A stretch of DNA of 63,672 nt from Kiritimatiellota bacterium (lineage in GTDB: Bacteria; Verrucomicrobiota; Kiritimatiellia; RFP12; UBA1067): positions 1 through 63,672 of the forward strand of contig WRJS01000003.1 of assembly GCA_009778475.1 (NCBI GenBank), read 5' to 3'. Below the pieces are notes generated by a model. That model was not told the DNA's origin, did no database searches, and saw only the letters and a list, made by a program, of their open reading frames with translations. How positions within the stretch are numbered: position 1 is the first letter of the stretch; each line of letters begins with the position of its first letter. This document shows, one piece after another, positions 19,274 through 28,615 of this stretch. Both the position numbers and the translations under genes were made by a program.

Positions 19274-21136
19274 CTATGAAAGGTTGCGGAGAATCTCGGC
19301 GATGGCTTGCCACTTGATGCCGGGGGTGATGAGGTAGAGACCGTGGAGCGCGGGGCGCAGGGCGGTGATGAGGCGGTGGGTCTCGTCGATGGCGAAGCGC
19401 TCTTGGTCGGCGGGGTCGGCGAATGCAAAAAGTTTTTGCAGGAAGGCGTCGGGCAGACGGATGCCGGGAACCTCGTCGTGGAGATGGCGGGCGAGGCGTT
19501 CGGTGACGGGCGGCAGGAAGCCGAGGAACACGCGCATGTCCGGGAACGCGCTGAGCGCGTCCAGCACGCGCCGCGCCTGTTCCAAGTCGAACACGGGCTG
19601 GGTCATCACGAAGCGCGCGCCCTCGGCGTGTTTGCGGCGGAGGCGCACGACTTCCGCGCCGAGGTTCGCGGCGGCAGAGTTGAACGCCACGCCGATGGAG
19701 AAGTTGCATTGCCCGCGCAGGTCGCGGCCGGTCACGGAGCGCCCGGCGTTGAGCTGCGTGAGTAGGCGCACAAGCCCCGTGGAGGTGTTCTCATAGACGG
19801 CGACGCAACGGCGGTGGCCGCCTATGACGGGCGGGTCGCCCGTGACGGCGAGGATGGCCTCGATGTGGGCGGCGTGGGCGGCCATGAGCGCGGACTGCGT
19901 GCCGAGCATGTTGCGGTCGCGCCCCGTGATGTGGCAGATGACGTGCTTCCCAGTCTCGCGGCGCAGACGCTCCGCCACATAGAAGTTTTCCATGCGGATG
20001 GAGGAGAGTGGGTTTTCCGCGAGGCTGATGGCGGACGCGCCGGCATCGAGCAGGGCGCGCGCACCTGTCAGCATGGGCATCAGGTCAAGGTGCGGGGGCG
20101 GATCAATCTCGGCGATGACCGGGAACGCGGTGTCGCGGATCGCGTCGAGGAAGCCGCCTTGCTTCGCGGGCGGGGGAGGCGGGGCAATGCCGTCGCGTGC
20201 AGTCGAATGCAGCCGGGCACAATCGGATGAGGCGCGGTACGTGACCCGTGGCGCCGGAATTTTCCTCATGCCGGAGACGGCTTGGGCGATGGCGCGGATG
20301 GTGTCGGGGGTCGTGCCGCAGCAGCCGCCGATGAGGCGCACGCCTTGGGCGGCCCACTCTGCGGACTGCTTTGCGATGTAGCTGGGCGTGGCGAGATAGA
20401 CGGTGCGGCCACCGATGCGCGTGGGGTAACCGGCGTTGGGGAACGCGCCGACGTAGGCGCAGTCGGCCGCACCTTCGAGGAGTCCCGCGACGGCTTTGGA
20501 GACGGCCTCGATGCCGCGCCCGCAGTTCATGCCCACGCCCGCGACGCCCCACTCGGAGAGGCGATGCGCGATGGTCTGTGCGGTTTCGCCAGAGGTTGTG
20601 AAGCCGTCGGCGAAGACCATGTTGACGAAGACGGGGACGCGCGTCCCGGCGACGTCGAGCGCGGCCTGCACGGCGGGGGCGGTGAGGTGCCAGTCCTCGA
20701 ACGTCTCGAGCAGGAGCGCGTCCACGCCGCAGTCGCAGAGGGTCTCGAACTGCTCGCGGTAGGCGAGGGTGAGGAGGCCGGGGTCTTGCTCCTCGTCGTC
20801 AGGCGGCGTGGCGGGCCCGACCGCCCCGGCGACCCATGCGTTGCGTTGCGCGGCGGCGTTTTTCGCGAGCTGCACGGCGGCGCGGATGAGGTCGCGCGTG
20901 CGGTCGGCGAAGGGCGTGGCGGCGAGCGCGAAACGGTTTGCGGCGAATGTGTTCGTCTCGATGAGATCGGCACCGGCGTCGAGGTAGGCGGCATGCGCGC
21001 GGTGTATCGCGTCCGGGGCGGTGAGCGAGAGCTGCTCCGGACCGTCGCGCAGGTCGAAGCCCAACTCGTGGAGGTAGGTTCCTGTCGCACCGTCGCCGAT
21101 AAGCGGTGCATGTGCAAGTCGCTCGAGTAGCGTCAT
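19274..21136 (-). CDS. Bifunctional homocysteine S-methyltransferase / methylenetetrahydrofolate reductase (YitJ-like)
   Basis: The N-terminal half has an Hcy-binding domain ending in GGCCGTTP (zinc site). The C-terminal half is MetF-like (HITGRDRN, AVTGDPP). ATG is at 21136 (MTLLERL). Confidence 0.8.
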   Translation of the reverse strand: MTLLERLAHAPLIGDGATGTYLHELGFDLRDGPEQLSLTAPDAIHRAHAAYLDAGADLIETNTFAANRFALAATPFADRTRDLIRAAVQLAKNAAAQRNAWVAGAVGPATPPDDEEQDPGLLTLAYREQFETLCDCGVDALLLETFEDWHLTAPAVQAALDVAGTRVPVFVNMVFADGFTTSGETAQTIAHRLSEWGVAGVGMNCGRGIEAVSKAVAGLLEGAADCAYVGAFPNAGYPTRIGGRTVYLATPSYIAKQSAEWAAQGVRLIGGCCGTTPDTIRAIAQAVSGMRKIPAPRVTYRASSDCARLHSTARDGIAPPPPPAKQGGFLDAIRDTAFPVIAEIDPPPHLDLMPMLTGARALLDAGASAISLAENPLSSIRMENFYVAERLRRETGKHVICHITGRDRNMLGTQSALMAAHAAHIEAILAVTGDPPVIGGHRRCVAVYENTSTGLVRLLTQLNAGRSVTGRDLRGQCNFSIGVAFNSAAANLGAEVVRLRRKHAEGARFVMTQPVFDLEQARRVLDALSAFPDMRVFLGFLPPVTERLARHLHDEVPGIRLPDAFLQKLFAFADPADQERFAIDETHRLITALRPALHGLYLITPGIKWQAIAEILRNLS

Positions 21137-21211
21137 GGGTCGCTTTGCTCCAATTCGGAATTCGGAATCATCGTCATTAGCGAACACGGCGCTTTGATTG
21201 ACAAGGCTTTT

Positions 21212-22012
21212 CTAGCCATCCAGTTTCTCCCCGCAATACGGGCAAAAGCGCTTGTCTTTGTTCGTTTTCTTTTCATGGAAGTTTTCGATGAACCCTGCCG
21301 AAATGATGCCGGTCGGGATGGCGATGAGCGCGATGCTGAAGATTGAGAAAAACGACCCGATGATTTTACCTAAAACCGTAATCGGGTAAATGTCGCCGTA
21401 CCCTACCGTCGTCAAGGTGATGACAGCCCACCACAGCCCCGAAAGCGCGTTTTTAAACACATCGGGCTGCGCTTCATGCTCGGCCGTGTACATCAAAACG
21501 GACGCGACGATCATCAGGATAAAAAGGATGAACAGCGAGATGAAAAGCTGCGACGCCTTTTGCCGTAACACGCTGCTGACTTGGGATAGCGTCTTAATGT
21601 AATGCTTGATCTTCAAAAGCCGGAATATGCGCAGCAACCGGAAGGCCCTCAGCAAATGAAGGTTTATCGGGAGGAGGAAGTGCAGGTAAAACGGCGCCAC
21701 CGCGATGAAATCGACGATCATCACGAATGTCAAAGCGTTTTTCAGACGCGCCTTAAATGGCGTTGTCTTGCTGCACAGCAGATCTGCCGTCCAAACCCGC
21801 AGCATATACTCGACCGTGAACACGGCGACGGTGAAAATCTCAAGCACCCAGAAACAGAAAACAACACGGCCCGGCAGGACCAGCGTGTCGAGAATGGTGG
21901 TCGAAACATCCAGTATGACGAGAAACGCGATGAACCAGTCAAAGAGCGCACTGGGCGTATCGTCTTTTTTGTGCGGCTGGATAATCCTGTATATGCGCCG
22001 TTTAATATCCAT
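21212..22012 (-). CDS. Voltage-gated K+ channel (6-TM Kv type)
   Basis: Selectivity filter TTVGYGD. S4 has Arg/Lys at every third position (LRAFRLLRIFRLLKIKH). Six predicted helices. ATG 22012 follows GGAGGA. The gene is visibly AT-richer than its neighbours. Confidence 0.85.
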   Translation of the reverse strand: MDIKRRIYRIIQPHKKDDTPSALFDWFIAFLVILDVSTTILDTLVLPGRVVFCFWVLEIFTVAVFTVEYMLRVWTADLLCSKTTPFKARLKNALTFVMIVDFIAVAPFYLHFLLPINLHLLRAFRLLRIFRLLKIKHYIKTLSQVSSVLRQKASQLFISLFILFILMIVASVLMYTAEHEAQPDVFKNALSGLWWAVITLTTVGYGDIYPITVLGKIIGSFFSIFSIALIAIPTGIISAGFIENFHEKKTNKDKRFCPYCGEKLDG

Positions 22013-22038
22013 TGTTGCTCCTCCAAATCATCCCTGCG

Positions 22039-24552
22039 TTACAAGGGGGCGACATCGCGGACGGTGAAGGTGACGGGGGGGGAGGCGACGGGGATGCCGT
22101 TGGTGGTTGTCGCGAGGGCCCAGAGCGTGTAGTCGCCGGCGCCGAGGCGGGATTGCGGCGGGCCTTGCTCGATGGCGGCGGCGCAGGTGGCGGCGGGGGC
22201 GCGGCCGAGGCGTTTGGCGCCCATGAAGATGGCGGTCTCGCTCGCGCTGCCGGCGGGCGTGGCCTCGGCGCGTGCGGTGACGAAGGCGGGGCCGTCAATC
22301 GCCTCCCCTGCGGCGGGCGCGGTGATGCGCGGCGCGGGGAGGGCATGGCCGCTTGCCGAGATGCGGAAGATGTGCGTGACGGCGCGGCCGTTGAAACGGC
22401 GGTCGGCGGAGTGCAGTTGGAAGGTGACCTGGAGCGTGCCGTTCGCGTAGTCTTGCGCGGTGGGGTAGAGGCGGGCGGGGCGGGCGTTGAAGTGCCGTGA
22501 CGTGAATGTGATTTCCTCCGTGGTGATGCCCCGGTGCTGCACGCGGACGGTGAGGTTGTCCACGGGGCGGACGCTCGGCGCGATGGATGCGGTGAAGCCT
22601 GTGGCGGGCGTGCGCACGGCGTCGTTGACGGTGAGGGTGGCGTCGTCGGTCTCGCGGTAGTTGAAGACGAAGGGGCGGTTGTCGTTCGAGGCGCTGAGGC
22701 TTTTGTCTTGCGTGACGGCGTTGACCATGAAGCGCGCGAAAACCGTGGCGGGATTTGTCGAGGCCATGATGCGCACGGTCTGCTCGATGTCGAACGTCTC
22801 GGGCGTGAAGGTGAGGGTGCTTGCGGAGAGCTCGCCGGCCTTGGGGATGTCCAGCGCGCAATGGACGGTCACGTTCGCGGCCGGGGGATTGAGCAGACGG
22901 ATGCCGACGAACCCCGGCGTGTCGCGGTCAGCACGGTTGCCCGCGGTGCGGAGCAGCACGGTGTTGGCGGCGGAGGTGAGGGTCGCGAGCTGGCGGACGG
23001 TCTCGTAGCCGATGCGCGCGGCCTGCGCATGGTGGCCGTAGGGGTGCTCGGCGTTGGCGAGGCGCGGCTTGTCGCGCTCGGGGACGGGCTGGTAGCGGCC
23101 CGTGGCGGCTGTGTAAATCATGTTCGCGAGCATGTAGGTGAGCCAGTCGTTCGGGACTCCGGAAGCGGCATCCTCCACGAGCGCGGGATTGATCTGCCAT
23201 GCGCGCGCCCACGCGACCTGATAAGGGATGAAGGCGATGCGGTTGGCGCGGGCGAACTCGTAGCCCTCGATGAGCGTGCGCTCCAGGTTGCGCAGCATGG
23301 CCTCGGGCTGAAGGTCGGGCTCGGGGGTGCGGCAGAAGACGGTCGTGAAAATCGTTTTGAGCTGGTTGGTCGTGAGCGCGGCGGAGGTGTACGCCTCGGG
23401 GTCGAGGTAGTGCGCCATCTGGCGCAGGTCGGCGAAGACCAGGTCGAACGGGACGGAGGCGCGGTCGAAGCCCGCCGTGTGCCAGTCGGCGGTGCTGCGG
23501 ATGAGGCAGTCTTGCGCGGCGGCCTCGCAGATGTATTGGAAGTTGACGCGCACGGGGTCTTCCTCGATGGTGCTGGGGATGTACACGCCGAGGCGCCGGG
23601 CGCTGCGGTTCTCCATGCGGACGATGCCCGTGAACGGGCCCGCGTAGTAGCTCGGGAATTTCGCTTGCTGGACGGTCTCGCGGACAGACTCGGCGAGCGC
23701 CTCGACGGTCTTGCGCGGCATCCACTCGGCGTCCATCATGCCCTTCGGCACGCGCGCGCTGGCCAGCCCGCAATAGATGGTCTGCGCGGCCATGAACGCG
23801 TTCGCGCGCATCCGCTGGGGATGGTCGCCCGCAATGCGGTTGCGCGTGAGCGCGTCCAGCCACGTCAGCGCGGCCGGCAGCACGGGCATGCCGCAACCGT
23901 CCGCGACGCGCCATGTGGTGTCCGCGAGGGGCGTGAGGCGCTTGTCCCTGAAAGAGTTCAGCGGCCGCGCCATCATCAGCAGCGCGGGCGCCGAGCCCTT
24001 CGCGCGGAACGCCTCCGAGATGACGCGCGCACCCTCGAAGAAAAGCTCGGGGTAGGCGCGCACAACGTCCTCCGACTCGGCCAGCAGCACGTAATCGTAA
24101 TTGCCTTCGAGCAGTTGCGCGCGGGCGGGCTGGAGGTCCGGGTTGTACCACCAGCCCAGCAGCGTGCGGTTCTTTGCGACAGGCTCCAGCACGACGCGCA
24201 CGGGCTTGTTCACCTTCGCGGCCTTGAGGGTCTGCTCAAGGTCCGCGCAGATGGTGGCGGCGTCGATGCCCGCATGCTGGGCCGGCGAGATGAGCGCGAT
24301 GCGCACGACACCATCGTTGTTCACGTCCAAGTCCGGCGCGGACTGGAAGAACCATTGGGCGGAAAGCGGGAGAGCAAGTGAAAGGTAAAAGGTAAAAGGT
24401 AAAAGGTAAAATGTAAAAGGTGATAGGTAATAGGTAATAGGTGATAGGTAATAGGTAATAAGTGATAGGTAATAGGTAATAAGTGAAAAGCGGAAACCTC
24501 TTGCGCACGCGCAAGTATTCTTCGCAGCGTCCATCCCATCCACTCTGTCCAT
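22039..24552 (-). CDS. Large secreted protein of unknown function; N-terminus encoded by heptamer repeats
   Basis: ORF 22039..24564 has candidate starts at GTG 24564, ATG 24552 and ATG 24534. No in-frame ATG/GTG/TTG lies between the repeat array and the mature-looking part (ALPLSA/QWFF). The C-terminal third resembles Ig-like domains. Confidence 0.6.
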   Translation of the reverse strand: MDRVDGMDAAKNTCACARGFRFSLITYYLSLITYYLSPITYYLSPFTFYLLPFTFYLSLALPLSAQWFFQSAPDLDVNNDGVVRIALISPAQHAGIDAATICADLEQTLKAAKVNKPVRVVLEPVAKNRTLLGWWYNPDLQPARAQLLEGNYDYVLLAESEDVVRAYPELFFEGARVISEAFRAKGSAPALLMMARPLNSFRDKRLTPLADTTWRVADGCGMPVLPAALTWLDALTRNRIAGDHPQRMRANAFMAAQTIYCGLASARVPKGMMDAEWMPRKTVEALAESVRETVQQAKFPSYYAGPFTGIVRMENRSARRLGVYIPSTIEEDPVRVNFQYICEAAAQDCLIRSTADWHTAGFDRASVPFDLVFADLRQMAHYLDPEAYTSAALTTNQLKTIFTTVFCRTPEPDLQPEAMLRNLERTLIEGYEFARANRIAFIPYQVAWARAWQINPALVEDAASGVPNDWLTYMLANMIYTAATGRYQPVPERDKPRLANAEHPYGHHAQAARIGYETVRQLATLTSAANTVLLRTAGNRADRDTPGFVGIRLLNPPAANVTVHCALDIPKAGELSASTLTFTPETFDIEQTVRIMASTNPATVFARFMVNAVTQDKSLSASNDNRPFVFNYRETDDATLTVNDAVRTPATGFTASIAPSVRPVDNLTVRVQHRGITTEEITFTSRHFNARPARLYPTAQDYANGTLQVTFQLHSADRRFNGRAVTHIFRISASGHALPAPRITAPAAGEAIDGPAFVTARAEATPAGSASETAIFMGAKRLGRAPAATCAAAIEQGPPQSRLGAGDYTLWALATTTNGIPVASPPVTFTVRDVAPL
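24378..24489. repeat. 16 tandem heptamers (GTAAAAG/GTAATAG/GTGATAG)
   Basis: Read directly from the sequence: gtgaaag gtaaaag x3 gtaaaat gtaaaag gtgatag gtaatag x2 gtgatag gtaatag gtaataa gtgatag gtaatag gtaataa gtgaaaa. Confidence 0.95.
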
Positions 24553-24571
24553 CCCGTCCGTCACATTCGCA

Positions 24572-24613
24572 CCTATTACCTTTTACTTATTACCTATTAC
24601 TTATTACCTTTTC
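24572..24613. repeat. Six heptamers of the same family in inverted orientation
   Basis: cctatta cctttta cttatta cctatta cttatta cctttt. It covers the holA stop codon (24604-24606) and last codons. Confidence 0.9.
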
Positions 24614-25692
24614 CCTTGTTTCCCGACGATGCGCAGCAGGGTCGCTTGAAGCAGGTGCATCTCGGGGAGCCCTCTGGAGACCATCTTCTCGCGCATGTCC
24701 AGGACCCTGAACCGCGCGACGCGCAACTCCTGCAGCGTGTAGTTCATCGCATGGGGAAGCTTCTTACGCAACGCCCACGCGTTGACCGTCTTAGGGTTGA
24801 CGGGCAGCGTGTTCAGCATGACCTGCGACTCGGGCGGGATATGCCCCGACCATCCACCGGAATGCACCCACTTCCGGTCATGCGCCTCGCGCAGGACGAT
24901 GAGATCGCGCACGTTCTTCTCCAGCATCGCCGCCAGCATGATGCCGATCCCCCTCTGCCCGCTCAGCTGGTTGAGCGCGACGAGCAGGTCCGCCGCCTTG
25001 CGCTCGCCGAACGCGTCCAGCACGTCCCATGCGTCCGCCTCCCGGCCGATGGACGTGATTTCGCGCACGTCGCTCTCGCTCGCCGAAAGCCTCGGGTGCA
25101 GGTAGGTGCGGAGTTTCTCGAGCTCCTGCACCTGCAGGCGCGTGTCGAACCCGACCCGCGCGATGAACTCGCTCCGCGCAGGCGGCTCCATCTGTATCCC
25201 GGCCTGCTCCAGCAGCATCCCGAACCGCTCCTCCGCAGCCCGCTCGCGCTCCCACGGTTTCAGCCCGCTCCCGAAGTCAATCACCTCGCCCAGCTTCTGG
25301 CAGGTCTTGAAGAACACCGACACGCGCAGCACCTTCGCCGCCGTGATGACGAGCGCCTGGCCGTCATGCAGCCCCTCGCCGAGCCAGTGCGTGAGGCGTT
25401 CCACGGCGGCCTTCGCCGCCGCGCCCTCGGACACGCGGCCGCCGCCCGTCAGGAACGTGGCATCCCGCAGCCACGTGACCTTCGACGCGGAGAACATCCC
25501 CGGCATCTGCACGGACTCCATGCATTCGCGCACGGCGCGGGCCGCGTCATCGCCCGTGTCTTTACGCCCGTCGATGATGTCCACGCCGTAATCCCGCTCC
25601 GCGGCCGGGACGAGCTGGTCCACGCGCTCCCGCGCCGCCGAATTGACGAGGTAGTCATCATCTCCGCAGATTAAAAACAATTTGCCGTTCAT
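24604..25692 (-). CDS. holA: DNA polymerase III delta subunit
   Basis: 362 aa. The N-terminus (LFLICGDDDYLV) and overall pattern resemble HolA. It is divergent from dut. Confidence 0.7.
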   Translation of the reverse strand: MNGKLFLICGDDDYLVNSAARERVDQLVPAAERDYGVDIIDGRKDTGDDAARAVRECMESVQMPGMFSASKVTWLRDATFLTGGGRVSEGAAAKAAVERLTHWLGEGLHDGQALVITAAKVLRVSVFFKTCQKLGEVIDFGSGLKPWERERAAEERFGMLLEQAGIQMEPPARSEFIARVGFDTRLQVQELEKLRTYLHPRLSASESDVREITSIGREADAWDVLDAFGERKAADLLVALNQLSGQRGIGIMLAAMLEKNVRDLIVLREAHDRKWVHSGGWSGHIPPESQVMLNTLPVNPKTVNAWALRKKLPHAMNYTLQELRVARFRVLDMREKMVSRGLPEMHLLQATLLRIVGKQGKR

Positions 25693-25863
25693 GGGACACT
25701 AGTATATGCGATAGCCGCGAAGAAAGCGAGAAGGAATGAGACTGGAAATTCCAAGATTAAATGAGCCGCCCCCGTGAGGGCGCGGGACATGAAAAATGAA
25801 CTGTACAAATGGGGGTGCTGTCATATAAACTGGATTCTTTCGTTTTGAGGAGGATGACAACGG

Positions 25864-26292
25864 ATGATCGTCAAATTCAAGAAGACTCACCCCGATGCTG
25901 TCGTGCCGTCGTACGCGCACCCCGGCGACGCGGGCATGGATGTATGCGCGTGTGCCGCGCTGACCATCCCGCCGGGCGGGCGGGCGCTGGTGCCGGCCGG
26001 GCTGGTGATGGAGCTGCCGCCCGGCACAGAGGCGCAGGTGCGCCCGCGTAGCGGCCTTGCGCTCAAACACGGCGTGACGGTGCTCAACGCCCCCGGCACG
26101 ATTGACGAGGGGTACCGCGGCGAGATCGGCGTCATCCTCGTCAATCACGGTCAAGAACCCTTCTGCGTCACGGCCGGGATGCGCGTCGCGCAGATGGTCA
26201 TCGCGCCTGTTTTACGTGTGGATGTCGAGACCGTCGCCGATGTTTCCGGCACCGTGCGCGGAACGGGGGGGTTCGGCTCGACAGGGGTTTAG
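25864..26292 (+). CDS. dut: dUTP diphosphatase
   Basis: Motifs AGMDV, RSGLA.KHG, GTIDEGYRGEI and RGTGGFGSTG. A GAGGAGG SD lies 9 nt upstream. Confidence 0.9.
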   Translation: MIVKFKKTHPDAVVPSYAHPGDAGMDVCACAALTIPPGGRALVPAGLVMELPPGTEAQVRPRSGLALKHGVTVLNAPGTIDEGYRGEIGVILVNHGQEPFCVTAGMRVAQMVIAPVLRVDVETVADVSGTVRGTGGFGSTGV

Positions 26293-26525
26293 CGGCAGGG
26301 CGAGGGCGCTCTCGCGTTGCGTCAAATGAAAACGACACCGAAATGGTGTTTGATGCCCATCTCCCCGTTTTTAGGCGTCATGGATTATGACGTAACACGC
26401 ATTTCTCGCTCCGTCACATGTTTGCGCTTGATTCGCAACAGGATTTCGTTTACGATTGCTGTTGCCTTTGGCTGGATTGGTTCTAGCTGGGGCGTTTAGA
26501 CATCACAACGAGGAGGAATGAGAAC

Positions 26526-27395
26526 ATGAAACAGGTGATACCGGCTCTGGCGTCCATGTTGGTCGTGCCAATGATGGTGCTGGCGCAAGACCCGAAACCG
26601 CTGCCCGTCGTCTCTGAGCAGGACGCGGCCGCGCTGGAGAAACTGATCGGCGAGAAACTCACGGCCAAGCCGCAGAAGGCGCGCAAGGTGCTGGTGTTCT
26701 CGAAGTGCGAGGGCTTCGTGCATGGCGACGCGATCGTCTATGGCAAGAAGGCCATCGAGATCGCCGCGAAGACGGGCGCGTTCGCCGCCGACTTCAGCGA
26801 CGACTACGCCGTCCTGGCGGACAAGGACAACTTGTTCAAGTACGACGCGCTCGTGCTGAACAACACGACCCACATGAAGGTGAAGGACCACCCCGCGATC
26901 GTGCCGAACCTCGTTGCGTTCGTGAACGCCGGCCGCGGGCTGTGCGCCATCCATGCGGCGGCGGACAATTTCTACGACAGCCCCGAGGCGGCCGCGCTCG
27001 TCGGCGGGCTCTTCGACGGGCACCCGTGGGGCGGCGGCGGCAAGTGGGCGTTCAAGCTCGATGACCCCGACAACCCGCTGAACCGTTCGCTCAAGGCGAG
27101 CGACCTGAAGTTCGGCGACGAGATCTATCAGCAGAAGGCCCCTTACGACCGCGCCAAGCTGCACGTGCTGGTCTCGCTGGATATGTCCGACGAGAACACG
27201 GCGAAGCAGAACGGCCAGAAGCGCGAGGACAAGGATTTCGCGGTGAGCTGGATCAGCGAGCACGGCAAGGGGCGCGTGTTCTACACCTCCTTCGCGCACG
27301 ACAAGCGCGCCTATATGCAGCCCGCCACCCTCTGGCATATCCTCGACGGCCTGCAGTACACGCTGGGCGACCTGGAGGTGAAGATTAAGAAGTAG
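26526..27395 (+). CDS. Secreted ThuA-domain protein
   Basis: Signal peptide MKQVIPALASMLVVPMMVLAQ. The pattern (VLVFSK..GFVHG, YDALVLNN, GLCAIHAA, FDGHPWGGG, RVFYTSFAH) fits ThuA-like class-I glutamine-amidotransferase-fold proteins. Confidence 0.7.
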   Translation: MKQVIPALASMLVVPMMVLAQDPKPLPVVSEQDAAALEKLIGEKLTAKPQKARKVLVFSKCEGFVHGDAIVYGKKAIEIAAKTGAFAADFSDDYAVLADKDNLFKYDALVLNNTTHMKVKDHPAIVPNLVAFVNAGRGLCAIHAAADNFYDSPEAAALVGGLFDGHPWGGGGKWAFKLDDPDNPLNRSLKASDLKFGDEIYQQKAPYDRAKLHVLVSLDMSDENTAKQNGQKREDKDFAVSWISEHGKGRVFYTSFAHDKRAYMQPATLWHILDGLQYTLGDLEVKIKK

Positions 27396-27483
27396 CGGGG
27401 GTGCCCGCGGGGGCACAGGGGGCGAAGGAGACGCAGAGCAAAAACTTCCGTTGCCGGTGTCATCCTTGCCCCCTTCGCGCCCG

Positions 27484-27516
27484 ATTTCCAATTTCCAATT
27501 CCTAATTCCTAATTTC
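27484..27516. repeat. Heptamer array TTCCAAT/TCCTAAT
   Basis: tttccaatttccaattcctaattcctaatttc lies immediately upstream of the ABC ATPase start. An inverted relative with a shared flank is at 50162-50233. Confidence 0.9.
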
Positions 27517-27529
27517 TCGCAGAGGGTGT

Positions 27530-28615
27530 ATGCCGGTTGGGGTGACCATCGAGAATGTGGTGAAGCGGTTCGGGGCGTTCGTCGCGCTGAAGGACGTGAG
27601 CGTGTCGATCGCGCCGGGGGAGCTGTTCTTCCTGCTCGGGCCCAGCGGCTGCGGCAAGACGACGCTCCTGCGCTGCATCGCGGGGTTCCACACGCCGGAG
27701 TCGGGGAGCATCCGCATCGGCGCGCGCGACGTGACCGCCTTGCCGCCGCACAAGCGCGACACGGGCATGATGTTCCAGAGCTACGCGCTGTGGCCGCACC
27801 TGACGCTGGCGGAGAATGTGGCGTTCGGGCTGGAGATGCGCAAAGTGCCGAAACCGGAAATCCAGCGGCGCGTGATGGAGGCGCTTGACCGCGTGCATCT
27901 GGCGGACCGCGCGAAGGTGAAGCCGAACCAGTTGTCCGGCGGGCAGCAGCAGCGCGTGGCGCTGGCGCGGTCGCTGGTCATCGAGCCGCAGTGCCTGTTG
28001 CTGGACGAACCGCTCTCGAACCTCGACGCGAAGTTGCGCTTGGAGATGCGCACGGAAATCCGGCGCATCTGCAAGCAGGCCGGGCTGACCGCGATTTATG
28101 TGACGCATGACCAGAAGGAGGCCCTTTCGGTGGCGGACAGGCTGGCGGTCATGCGCGACGGCATCATCGAGCAGGTCGGCACGCCCGAGGAGGTTTACCG
28201 CTCGCCCCGAAACAGTTTCGTGGCGGGGTTCATCGGGGAGGGTAATTTCATCGGCGGCGTGGTGAAGGCCGCGGGTGCGGCGCAGACGGTCGTCGAGACG
28301 CCGTGCGGCGCGTTCACGGCCTCGCACGCGCCGGAGGGGCTGGCCGCGGGTGACGCGGTGGATGTCTGCATCCGTCCTGAGGCGGTGCGCTTCGATCGCG
28401 CGGGCGAATCGCAGCCGAACCGTTTTCAGGGAAGCTACACGGAGAGCGTCTATCTCGGCGAGGTGGCGCAACACCTGATTGCCCTGCCCGAGTCCGGCGG
28501 CGGCGTGTGCGCGGTGAAGGCGTTCGAGCTCAACCCCCTCGCGGGTCGCGACCGCGCAGGGGAGCGCGTGGAGATTTGGATCCCGCAGGAGCATGTGATT
28601 GTGGTGCGAAGATAG
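27530..28615 (+). CDS. ABC transporter ATP-binding protein (PotA/FbpC/UgpC-like importer ATPase with C-terminal regulatory domain)
   Basis: Walker A GPSGCGKTT, Q-loop, signature LSGGQQQRVALAR, Walker B LLLDEPLS and H-loop YVTHD. No cognate permease or binding-protein gene is adjacent. Confidence 0.85.
   Translation: MPVGVTIENVVKRFGAFVALKDVSVSIAPGELFFLLGPSGCGKTTLLRCIAGFHTPESGSIRIGARDVTALPPHKRDTGMMFQSYALWPHLTLAENVAFGLEMRKVPKPEIQRRVMEALDRVHLADRAKVKPNQLSGGQQQRVALARSLVIEPQCLLLDEPLSNLDAKLRLEMRTEIRRICKQAGLTAIYVTHDQKEALSVADRLAVMRDGIIEQVGTPEEVYRSPRNSFVAGFIGEGNFIGGVVKAAGAAQTVVETPCGAFTASHAPEGLAAGDAVDVCIRPEAVRFDRAGESQPNRFQGSYTESVYLGEVAQHLIALPESGGGVCAVKAFELNPLAGRDRAGERVEIWIPQEHVIVVRR

Noticed and set aside
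21137-21211. S-box/SAM riboswitch upstream of the YitJ-like gene (B. subtilis yitJ has one)
   Set aside because: Only about 75 nt separate the gene from the upstream K+ channel stop. That is too short for an S-box, and none of its conserved helices or kink-turn sequences are visible. The gene is probably co-transcribed with its neighbour.
24236-24539. ORFs 24236..24514 and 24321..24539 encoding ...YYLLPITYYLLPIT... peptides
   Set aside because: These are alternative frames of the same heptamer array. A 7-nt repeat yields the same 7-aa periodic peptide in every frame, and they lack independent start signals. Only the frame continuous with the 841-aa ORF is kept.
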